Below the pieces are notes generated by a model. It was not told where the DNA came from. It searched no databases and saw only the letters and a program-made list of their open reading frames with translations. Position numbers and translations under genes: made by a program. A DNA stretch of 55,290 nucleotides from a virus (lineage: Duplodnaviria > Caudoviricetes), in the IMG/VR virus record IMGVR_UViG_3300032006_000008, positions 1-55,290 of that record, one strand, 5' to 3'. Below, piece after piece: positions 47,518-55,290 of this stretch. Every line of letters starts with the position of its first letter. Position 1 is the first letter of the stretch.

Positions 47518-50500
47518 TCAAGCATTCTCTAATATCGCAACCTTATTCTCTAATTCTTCAACCTTTGCAAGTAGTTGCATAATAGCTGAAGTATTCATTG
47601 TTGTAATACCAGTGTAGTCTAAATGTTTCTTTTGACCATCTCTCTCAGATGGGTCATCAACATATTGAATTAATGATGGAATTACAGACTCTACATCTTG
47701 TGCAATAAAACCTAAGTTTGTATTCCAATCTTGACTATTAAATTTAAATGTTTTTGGTGTTAATTTTGCTAAATCCGTTAATGCGTCTCCAGTATAATTT
47801 GAAATTGTATTTTTAACTGATGAATCTGATATATTAGAAGGAGAAGTAGTTCCATCTGCTTTAAAATAAAAATGAGAACTGCCATCTTTATCATCTAATC
47901 TTAAGATAATATGAGAAGATGTATCTCCACCTTTAATAACCATCCCACCTCCAGTTGAATGAGTATTCTCTATAACCGATACATAATCATTAACTGACGC
48001 TGAAGTATGAAGAAAATATACAGGGTTTACACCAATACCTAAATGTCCATGCTCATCAAGAGTCATTCTTTTTGTTTTCTCTCCATTCGCAGCTGCAGTC
48101 CAGAATTGCATATCAACACCAGCTGACCAATATCCATCACTTGTAACATAGGTATCAATCATTGCTCTGATTTTATCTCCCCTCCAATCTCCTACACCAT
48201 AATGGTCAGTGCAATTAACAAAATATATACCTCCCATATCATGACCTGAGGGAATAGTCCCATTAGAATTAGTTCCTCTTGTGATTAAAGCTAGGGCTGG
48301 CTGTGCATAACTAGAATCAGAAGTATCCCATAGTGATAAAGTTGGATATGCTGTTGTACTTTCTTCATAGTAATTAAGAGGATTTTCAGTCCCACTTTGT
48401 TTTACTTTTCCATCAACATAGACATCCTCTAGCTTTGTATACCCGTCTGAGACATATATACCATAAGGAGTTCCGCTTCCTGCGTGAGTAGCTTTAAAAT
48501 ATCCAGCGTATACAGGTCCTGTTCCTGTATTGGTATTTTGAACAACAGCTGCTCCAGTCACTTGAGAATAAAAAGTTAAATCAGCCCACTCTACACCCCC
48601 TTGAGATATTCCTGAAGCAGATACGCTATCAATGAAGACTCCTTGACCATTTTCATATCTAACTCTATTTCCGTCTATATAATTATCACTACTTAATACT
48701 ATAGTCCCATTGTTTGAAAAAACTAGACCAGGCTTTGCGCTTCCTCCACTACTTGCAATTGAGCCAGGAACATCACTAATCCCAGTATTAAAAGATATTA
48801 CATCAGAGTCAAGTTTCATAACTAAATTAGATGAATCATAAAATTGAATTTCATTATTAGTACCATCAACAACTACCCTTTGACCACTACTAGCCGTTTG
48901 AAGAGTTCTTCCAGTTATTGTCCCAGATGTGATATTGGTGGCATTAATATTCTGAATAGTCATTGTGCCTCCATCTATTGTGCCAGTCGTAGCAGAGTCA
49001 ATAGTCCCTTTAAAATGAGCAGAGCCATCTGAATCTAGTCTAAATTTGTAAGCACTTATATAACCAGCTCCAATGGTCATATGAGCAGCCCCACCAGTAT
49101 AATTACCAGAGTTAACTCTAGTACCTCTAAATATGCCATCACCATCAATAGTCCACCCACCAATACTTCCATCTGTAGCAGTTATAGTACTAACTTTAAG
49201 ACCGTTAGTTGTATCATATTCTATATAATCATCATTCCCAGATTGAGCTCCAACCCTAAATCCTCCATTGGTAAACTTAGCTTTGACAGATGGAGTCCCA
49301 TCTAAATCAGAGCCTATGAATAATCCTCTTTCATTGCTAATTGTCCCAAGCTTTATAACTGTATTACTTGAATCTGCTACATTGAAAGAACCCTCATTTG
49401 CAACTAGAAAAGCTCCGTCTTTATACTCTACATCTCCATCTATCTTTGCTGTATCTCCTTGCTTAATCCAAAATCCATAGTCAGTATCAGCCCAATTCCC
49501 AGAACCAGAAGTCTTAGCAAGACCTCCTAAATATCCCATAGAAACAACAGCTGCGTTACTTGTGTTCCTTACTTCTACTCTATGGTCTGAAGGGTTTAAA
49601 AATATTCTCTTATGAGCTGCGTTTGAGCTTGACGATATTTCATTACTTCCTATATTCCATCCACCTATTGTAGCTGCTGTAATTGAAAGTTTCCCATCAG
49701 TATCTAATTCAGCATTAGCAGCTTTCCATGTAATCTTGCTTCCATCATATTTAAAAAATGCATTACTACCATCACCAAAGTAAACTCTAGGTGTCCCAGA
49801 ATTATACTGTAGTTGCAATCCAGAATTTCCAAACGTAGCATTATTAATGCTTATTGCTTTGTTGGTTGCGTCAAGTATAATATTCGTTCCCTTTTTAAGA
49901 GAAGAACTGGTTATATCCCATCCTCCTATATTAGCCGTGTCAGCAGCTATGTCTCCATCAGATATTTCCATCAATACATCATTTGAAGCATTCCATATCT
50001 TTAAACCATATTTATCACTGTCTAACTGACCAGCTTTTAATCTTACTACATTGTTTTGTGCAATCTCTAATCTTGGCTGAGAACTTGATGTATCTAATTT
50101 AACATAATCATTACCACTAACTTTTGAGATAGCATTTTCATCTATATTCCAACCGCATAAATTTGCAGTACTTCCATATAAGCCAAATATCTCAGCTCCG
50201 CTTGATTTATTTACTTTAAGACCAAAGTTATCAGTCGTTACTTGCCCTAGCTGAGCTCTAATTACATCATTATCATCTCTAACTTGAAAATAGCTTTCTT
50301 CAGATGATATAATAATATTACCATTACTAAACTCTAAATTAGATGTTGTATTAGTATCAGTTGAATCATTCCCACTAGAATTGCCACTATTCTCACTATC
50401 TTCATCATTCAGATTGAGATTCTCTACAAAGGTTTCCTCATGTATCTTTGTAATCCTTTTATATTCACCCGCGTCTGCAATAAGTACGCACTCACCATTC

Positions 50501-50553
50501 ATTAAAGAGCCCTCCGAAGGTGTAAAATCTAGAATATCAAATTCTACACTCAT
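47518..50553 (-). CDS. Tail fibre protein with C-terminal S74 chaperone
   Basis: 1011 aa; repeated (I/C)G(G)WxI motifs; SDSSVKNTI...GFIAQDVE..IP...LDY followed by a coiled coil. Confidence 0.85.
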   Translation of the reverse strand: MSVEFDILDFTPSEGSLMNGECVLIADAGEYKRITKIHEETFVENLNLNDEDSENSGNSSGNDSTDTNTTSNLEFSNGNIIISSEESYFQVRDDNDVIRAQLGQVTTDNFGLKVNKSSGAEIFGLYGSTANLCGWNIDENAISKVSGNDYVKLDTSSSQPRLEIAQNNVVRLKAGQLDSDKYGLKIWNASNDVLMEISDGDIAADTANIGGWDITSSSLKKGTNIILDATNKAISINNATFGNSGLQLQYNSGTPRVYFGDGSNAFFKYDGSKITWKAANAELDTDGKLSITAATIGGWNIGSNEISSSSNAAHKRIFLNPSDHRVEVRNTSNAAVVSMGYLGGLAKTSGSGNWADTDYGFWIKQGDTAKIDGDVEYKDGAFLVANEGSFNVADSSNTVIKLGTISNERGLFIGSDLDGTPSVKAKFTNGGFRVGAQSGNDDYIEYDTTNGLKVSTITATDGSIGGWTIDGDGIFRGTRVNSGNYTGGAAHMTIGAGYISAYKFRLDSDGSAHFKGTIDSATTGTIDGGTMTIQNINATNITSGTITGRTLQTASSGQRVVVDGTNNEIQFYDSSNLVMKLDSDVISFNTGISDVPGSIASSGGSAKPGLVFSNNGTIVLSSDNYIDGNRVRYENGQGVFIDSVSASGISQGGVEWADLTFYSQVTGAAVVQNTNTGTGPVYAGYFKATHAGSGTPYGIYVSDGYTKLEDVYVDGKVKQSGTENPLNYYEESTTAYPTLSLWDTSDSSYAQPALALITRGTNSNGTIPSGHDMGGIYFVNCTDHYGVGDWRGDKIRAMIDTYVTSDGYWSAGVDMQFWTAAANGEKTKRMTLDEHGHLGIGVNPVYFLHTSASVNDYVSVIENTHSTGGGMVIKGGDTSSHIILRLDDKDGSSHFYFKADGTTSPSNISDSSVKNTISNYTGDALTDLAKLTPKTFKFNSQDWNTNLGFIAQDVESVIPSLIQYVDDPSERDGQKKHLDYTGITTMNTSAIMQLLAKVEELENKVAILENA

Positions 50554-52868
50554 TAAGTTGCTCTTTTACGCTTAGGTCTAAACTCTACAGATATATCATT
50601 AATTTCAAGAAACAAAGCAGCGTCATCATCAGAATCATTAACAGGGTGGTCAGCGTCTGCAGATGTGGCTATTCTAAATGATATGCTTTCACACTCAACA
50701 GTAGAAGATGGTGTAAGCTTTATTATATTCCATCCATTACTACCAGCTAATGTACCAGACTTTGCAAATAAATCAGATGTTGCACTAGGTACAGCAGCTC
50801 CATCTAGTTCCCTTCTAACGCTTATTCTATTAGTAGACGTTCCATTTTTAAATCTATATGTTATATACATACAATAGATTCTTTTCTTTAAAGCAGGTTG
50901 TCCAAAATCATAATCTTTTGTAACTATAGATTGTTTAGTAGCTGTAGTAGATTGGCTCTGATTTAACTTTGATAAGTAGTAAACGCTAGTACTTGCAGGT
51001 CTGCTGTAAAAATGCAACTCATCATTATGGACAACAAGGTTACTTGCCCTATTGGGAGTAGCAGGTATTAACCAATCTCCACGACACATAGATTTTGTTC
51101 TAAAGTCATATACATACATTTCACGTGCATCACTACCCCCACTATTCTTTACAACTATAATTTTTTTATCTTTAGGGTCATATCCAACAATAACATTGTT
51201 TCCACCAGCGAAATCAGACCAAGTGCTATCTAGTATATTTCCACTTAAAGGAGTTATTTGTTTTCCAAAGATATATAAACCATTTTCATTAGCCCACACA
51301 ACCCCTAATTCAGTTTTAAACACAGCTCCGCTATTTTTAACACCCATATAATCAAAAGTTTCTAGTAATGCCCATCCAGCGTCATTTGGATTTTTAATAT
51401 TTATTATATATAACTTTGCCTTTTTAAAAGCAAATAGCAAATCATTATGAGAAATCAACTTTACAAATTCATCTCCATCGTTCATTCCTAAGTCAATCCA
51501 ATTGTCTGATGTAAACGTATCAAACTTATTTGGCAAACTAAAATATATTCTATCGCCATAAGCTGTTGAGTCTGCTTCGCTACCCCTAACATGAACATTT
51601 GCTACAAAAGCTCTTCTATTTGCAACTACAGCGGTTTTATATCCACATTTAGTTTTGCCAAAATCTATAAAAGGCTGGTCTTGTCTAAATCCATTAATAG
51701 ATTCAAACGTATCTAGTGGAGGTCTTTTTAATTGCATCTCTGCAGTTCCTTCTTCAACCCCAAGTCTATAATAGTGGTCACTTGTTACTTGAAGAGAAAC
51801 AAAATCTTTTAAGAAACTAGAACGACTACCTCTTTCAAAGTCTATATCAGCTACCAATCTCCATCTTCTGTTTGCCCCTTGTCTTCTAGTGTATATTCTC
51901 CCGCCCGTTACTCTCTCACTCCACCCTAAGTCACTGCCGCTTGTTCTTCTAAATAAACATTGAATATGTGGATATTGCTGAAACCCCAGTGTAATTGTGT
52001 ATGGAGTTCCACTGCTATTAGCATATATTGTTGGTACAGATTCTTGATTGCCTTCATACACTTTAGTTACTGCAAACTCATAAGTGCCTTTTGACCACTT
52101 TCCTTCATTAGAGCCAGTAGATGAATTAGCATACAGCTTAAAAGTTCCTACTGAGGGATAATTTGATGTAGTAGTGTAAGTAGGAGCTGAGCCAGTTAAA
52201 AACTGACTATCAGTAGAGCCATGACTATGTAAAGCATTTGTCTCTTTTACCCAATGATTAATTCCAACACCTAACTTAGTCTTTTTAACGTGTCCAATCC
52301 ACATTGGTATATTCTTTGTATTAATAGCATTTGTAGTGTTTGCATCTGCAACTCTTAATGCTCCATCTGCATAATAATATACAGCTTCTACAGCTCCTAA
52401 GTCGGCACCACTTGCACTATCAGCTGCTCCATTAGTACTCTCAGTAAACTTAAACTTACCATTTGCGCTCCACTCATTAGAGCCATCATGTACATCTCCA
52501 TAGAGTTTTATTTCTCTAGAGAAAGCATCATTGACAGCAAAGTAACTTTTAACACCCTCTTCGTTGCTATTGTCAGTATTAGCGTCATCTACATTTACAG
52601 CCGCTTGAGTACCTGCTTTCATTAGTCTTACAGCATAATCAGATTTAAATGAGAACGCTCCAGTCCCAAGTCTCTCTGTTGTGGCAGCGTTAGCTGGTGA
52701 GGTAAAGTTACTTTCGGAAGTATAAGATTCAGATGGAGTTAATGTACCAACATCATTAACTAGAAAGTTATCTACATCAACAAACTGATTCTCCCCAATA
52801 TCTCTTGGGTCACTCTTTGAATTAACTCCTCCCTCAAATTTAGCAATTGGGAAAAGTTGTTTTGGCAT
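50553..52868 (-). CDS. Tail nozzle/stabilisation protein (P22 gp10/T7 gp12-like)
   Basis: FEGGVNS...PRDI, beta-propeller-like core (DRIYFS..NKFDTF, VWANENGLY, VGYDP), TKDYDFGQP..KKRI. Confidence 0.75.
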   Translation of the reverse strand: MPKQLFPIAKFEGGVNSKSDPRDIGENQFVDVDNFLVNDVGTLTPSESYTSESNFTSPANAATTERLGTGAFSFKSDYAVRLMKAGTQAAVNVDDANTDNSNEEGVKSYFAVNDAFSREIKLYGDVHDGSNEWSANGKFKFTESTNGAADSASGADLGAVEAVYYYADGALRVADANTTNAINTKNIPMWIGHVKKTKLGVGINHWVKETNALHSHGSTDSQFLTGSAPTYTTTSNYPSVGTFKLYANSSTGSNEGKWSKGTYEFAVTKVYEGNQESVPTIYANSSGTPYTITLGFQQYPHIQCLFRRTSGSDLGWSERVTGGRIYTRRQGANRRWRLVADIDFERGSRSSFLKDFVSLQVTSDHYYRLGVEEGTAEMQLKRPPLDTFESINGFRQDQPFIDFGKTKCGYKTAVVANRRAFVANVHVRGSEADSTAYGDRIYFSLPNKFDTFTSDNWIDLGMNDGDEFVKLISHNDLLFAFKKAKLYIINIKNPNDAGWALLETFDYMGVKNSGAVFKTELGVVWANENGLYIFGKQITPLSGNILDSTWSDFAGGNNVIVGYDPKDKKIIVVKNSGGSDAREMYVYDFRTKSMCRGDWLIPATPNRASNLVVHNDELHFYSRPASTSVYYLSKLNQSQSTTATKQSIVTKDYDFGQPALKKRIYCMYITYRFKNGTSTNRISVRRELDGAAVPSATSDLFAKSGTLAGSNGWNIIKLTPSSTVECESISFRIATSADADHPVNDSDDDAALFLEINDISVEFRPKRKRAT

Positions 52869-53095
52869 TATTTACCTTTTATTAATCCTTCAATGAGGTC
52901 TGTAACCACATCAACACATTTTTCAAAGAAAACTTGCTCTTTGTCTTCACTAACAAAAGGGATGTCAATCTTTTCATTGATTTTTGTTGCAATCATCTTT
53001 GACATTTCTTCTGATTGAAGTTCTCCAACCATATCTTCTCTAATTTTATCAGCTTGTGCTTCAGCTGCTGCGATTAGCATTTGTTTTAAACCCAT
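52868..53095 (-). CDS. Hypothetical protein
   Basis: 75 aa, AAGGAG RBS; INEKIDIPFVSE. Confidence 0.65.
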   Translation of the reverse strand: MGLKQMLIAAAEAQADKIREDMVGELQSEEMSKMIATKINEKIDIPFVSEDKEQVFFEKCVDVVTDLIEGLIKGK

Positions 53096-53104
53096 TTTAA
53101 CTCC

Positions 53105-53338
53105 TTATTTAATTGCCATAGCTATTAATGAGGAGATAGCTGTGGAGATGGCAATTGTCCCAATAGCTACTCCTTTCCACTTACTAAGCGTAAATTCGGT
53201 ATCTCTTATTCTACCGTTTTGCTTTTCAAGTAATTTATCTATTCTTTTTACATGATGATAGATATTCTCTGTATGAGCTTCTATTTTGCTTATTCTAGAT
53301 TGAATATTATCTCTATGTTCCCATGCGTCTCTTGACAT
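53105..53338 (-). CDS. Coiled coil plus C-terminal TM protein (XhlA/holin-like)
   Basis: LEKQNGRI...KWKGVAIGTIAISTAISSLIAM. Confidence 0.55.
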   Translation of the reverse strand: MSRDAWEHRDNIQSRISKIEAHTENIYHHVKRIDKLLEKQNGRIRDTEFTLSKWKGVAIGTIAISTAISSLIAMAIK

Positions 53339-53435
53339 TTCTAATCACCTTGTATTTAAAGTTAGATGGACAAGAGAAGACAACAATAGGAGTTACCGAA
53401 GTATTCTTCATATTATATATCTTCTCTATCCTCAT

Positions 53436-53597
53436 TTACTTTTTCTCTTTTTTTACTTCAGACTTAGATTCTTTTCCATCTTCATCAGCAATCATTTGCT
53501 GTACAAGAGCTATTGCTCCAGTAATCTGGTGAAAGTTAGCTTCCATCTGCTTTTGCTGATTCTGAAGCTCTTCTAGTCTTTCTTGTAAATTCGCCAT
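53436..53597 (-). CDS. Small coiled-coil protein (53 aa)
   Basis: Below the track cutoff; MANLQERLEELQNQQKQMEANFHQITGAIALVQQM..., AAGGAG RBS. Confidence 0.6.
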   Translation of the reverse strand: MANLQERLEELQNQQKQMEANFHQITGAIALVQQMIADEDGKESKSEVKKEKK

Positions 53598-53612
53598 TTG
53601 ATACTCCTTTTT

Positions 53613-53864
53613 CTAGTGTTGTTTTCCATTTGCTCTTCCTTTAAGGAAGTTTAAATCATCCGATATATCGTTGATTTCTTTTATTAAATCTTCATGACGC
53701 CTGTCTCTTATGTCATCAGATTTGTTCCATCTATCTATTAATTTAATACATATATCCTCAACTTCGCTAAGTTTATCCATTAAGGTGCTTCTAAGGAAAT
53801 GTATCATTCCAATAAAGAGGAGTACTATTACTCCCATAGCTCCGTATTCTGCGTATGCTTCCAT
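53613..53864 (-). CDS. Holin-like protein (BhlA/UviB-like)
   Basis: EYGAMGVIVLLFIGMI single TM followed by a charged coiled coil. Confidence 0.55.
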   Translation of the reverse strand: MEAYAEYGAMGVIVLLFIGMIHFLRSTLMDKLSEVEDICIKLIDRWNKSDDIRDRRHEDLIKEINDISDDLNFLKGRANGKQH

Positions 53865-54127
53865 TATGGTTTTTTTAATCCTAATCTTTGCATTAATGTT
53901 CTGTTCTGTTCTTCTAGTTCTTCTATATGTTGTGTTTCCATTCCTTCTATACTAGCATTTAAAACAACTATTTTATCCTCCAAATCTTTAATTCTTCTTT
54001 CTTGTTCTGCAAATTTCATTTGAGCTTGATACCAAGAACCAGTGACAATGGCAACAGCCACCATTGCCTTGATAAGAAATGCAATACTAATATGAATCTG
54101 TGCATCTTCGCTAATCCCTTTTGCCAT
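53864..54127 (-). CDS. Small membrane protein (TM plus coiled coil)
   Basis: ISIAFLIKAMVAVAIVTGSWY; apparent paralog of the upstream gene. Confidence 0.6.
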   Translation of the reverse strand: MAKGISEDAQIHISIAFLIKAMVAVAIVTGSWYQAQMKFAEQERRIKDLEDKIVVLNASIEGMETQHIEELEEQNRTLMQRLGLKKP

Positions 54128-54383
54128 CTCTTAACCTTATTATTTCATCTTCAATCCTCTGTAATTTTTCATCCTGTCTCACGTCAGAAGGGATAGGTAA
54201 ATTCTGCATAGCTTTCATCTCTTTTATAGACTGCTCATTACCAGCTGCTTGATGTTCTACAAATTGAATCCTAGTGTTTAATTGTCCATATCCCCACACC
54301 ATCGCAGATATAAAACCTACAGCTTGTATTAACATCGGCAAGCTAATGTTCAAACTTGACTGTTCTCCTATTGGTTTAGTCAT
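54111..54383 (-). CDS. Small membrane protein (TM plus coiled coil)
   Basis: ISLPMLIQAVGFISAMVWGYGQL. Confidence 0.6.
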   Translation of the reverse strand: MTKPIGEQSSLNISLPMLIQAVGFISAMVWGYGQLNTRIQFVEHQAAGNEQSIKEMKAMQNLPIPSDVRQDEKLQRIEDEIIRLRDGKRD

Positions 54384-54639
54384 GTCCGTTGTTTATCCTT
54401 TGAGCATCAATATAAAACTTTTCAAAATCTATACTTGTACTATCAAGTTGATATTGGATTGCCATTATGAGTGAATCAACCTCAAACATTTCCCTTGTTA
54501 GTTCTTCCCTTGTTTTTCCAAAATAATACTCATCAGCGCAAGATACTAAGACAAGAGCTAAAAGAAACCCAATAAAACTTGACATTATTATGACTTTTAA
54601 TACGCTATTCATTTCTCGCCAATCAGGAACGACTCTCAT
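54376..54639 (-). CDS. Putative lipoprotein/membrane protein
   Basis: FIGFLLALVLVSC lipobox-like; start 54639 or 54612. Confidence 0.5.
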   Translation of the reverse strand: MRVVPDWREMNSVLKVIIMSSFIGFLLALVLVSCADEYYFGKTREELTREMFEVDSLIMAIQYQLDSTSIDFEKFYIDAQRINNGHD

Positions 54640-54856
54640 TGTTTTCTCTCTGACTATTAAATGTATCCTGTTGTGGAGCATATTGTATTGGATATGGATT
54701 GCTTATCTGATTAGTTGAATCAGAAACTTCTTCATAATAAACAGGTATTCCCAATTTCTGCTCAATCTTCTTTACAGTAGGCTCAAGAGTGCCTCTTGCA
54801 TCTGCAATTAGTATAACTAATGCAAATAAAACATGTGCTTTAAACCATAGAGTCAT
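54623..54856 (-). CDS. Small membrane-anchored protein
   Basis: HVLFALVILIA hydrophobic N-terminus; TAATG coupling. Confidence 0.5.
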   Translation of the reverse strand: MTLWFKAHVLFALVILIADARGTLEPTVKKIEQKLGIPVYYEEVSDSTNQISNPYPIQYAPQQDTFNSQRENNESRS

Positions 54857-55290
54857 TATGCGCTCTCCTTCTCTGGCTCAATAATTGGCTTACCATTTTC
54901 ATCTGTCCAAGGAGTTTCTAATATGTGCTTATCTTTTCTGTCTCCAATCACCATCCAAGCAACATCTGCTGTAGAATTTGAATCTTCACATTCTATTGTT
55001 AAAATATTTCCTGAGACAGAGCCCTTTACTGCTTTCCAATCTGATTCATTTGAGGTAAAACATTGAACATCATCACATAATAAAACAAAAGTACCTTCAG
55101 TCATTCCAGCGACTGTATCAATATTTACAGTTGCCGAACCATCTACTAATGTAACTTTATCTCTGTAAATTAAATCTGCTCTTGGAGATTCAGTAAATGA
55201 ATGAACTAAATAATGAGTATCTTTTTTTGATGGTAATGGATGGTCAATCTGAAAAGAACCTGACCCCTTAGACATCGCACCAAGCAACTG
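54856..55290 (-). CDS. Tail fibre C-terminal domain (5'-truncated at window edge)
   Basis: SKGSGSFQIDHPL...LVHSFTESPRADLIYR...WMVIGDRKD fibre-terminal motif; frame open to the window end. Confidence 0.7.
   Translation of the reverse strand, partial: QLLGAMSKGSGSFQIDHPLPSKKDTHYLVHSFTESPRADLIYRDKVTLVDGSATVNIDTVAGMTEGTFVLLCDDVQCFTSNESDWKAVKGSVSGNILTIECEDSNSTADVAWMVIGDRKDKHILETPWTDENGKPIIEPEKESA

Noticed and set aside
1-55290. Stop-codon reassignment as in some crAss-like phages
   Set aside because: The standard code gives long, tightly packed ORFs, and TAA, TAG and TGA are all used as coupled stops
54856-55290. Complete circular genome with the two end fragments belonging to one gene
   Set aside because: The left fragment already reaches its S74 C-terminal domain, while the right fragment is a different C-terminal domain; no terminal overlap seen

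Overview
The window is most of the genome of an AT-rich, podovirus-type tailed dsDNA phage, with both ends breaking inside tail-fibre genes. It has three blocks. (1) A minus-strand packaging/head/tail block (1-17933): TerS-like, phosphoesterase, TerL, lysozyme-like, P22-like portal, scaffold, major capsid, adaptors and fibres. (2) A plus-strand early/replication block (18136-32121): many small ORFs, Cas4-like nuclease, Sak3, SSB, DUF932, Dam-family MTase, DnaB and RuvC, with no DNA polymerase or primase seen. (3) A minus-strand block (32118-55290): fibre, small membrane/lysis proteins, nozzle, an S74 tail fibre and five putative ejected virion proteins. The most notable feature is the 2852-aa ejection protein. 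It carries the motifs of a single-chain two-barrel (crAss/QDE-1-like) RNA polymerase (DG..K..K, YRFP, DFDGD), fused to an N-terminal circularly permuted lysozyme/SLT domain and a membrane-type segment. Its only Cys is 4 residues from its C-terminus, and the only Cys of the next 1253-aa protein is at residue 8, which suggests a tail-to-head disulfide link between ejected proteins. Other signals: apparent GATC avoidance despite a Dam-family MTase, hairpins with anti-Shine-Dalgarno loops, and a shared TTG-N20-TAAATTTG promoter motif. All calls come from manual motif reading; no database searches were run.
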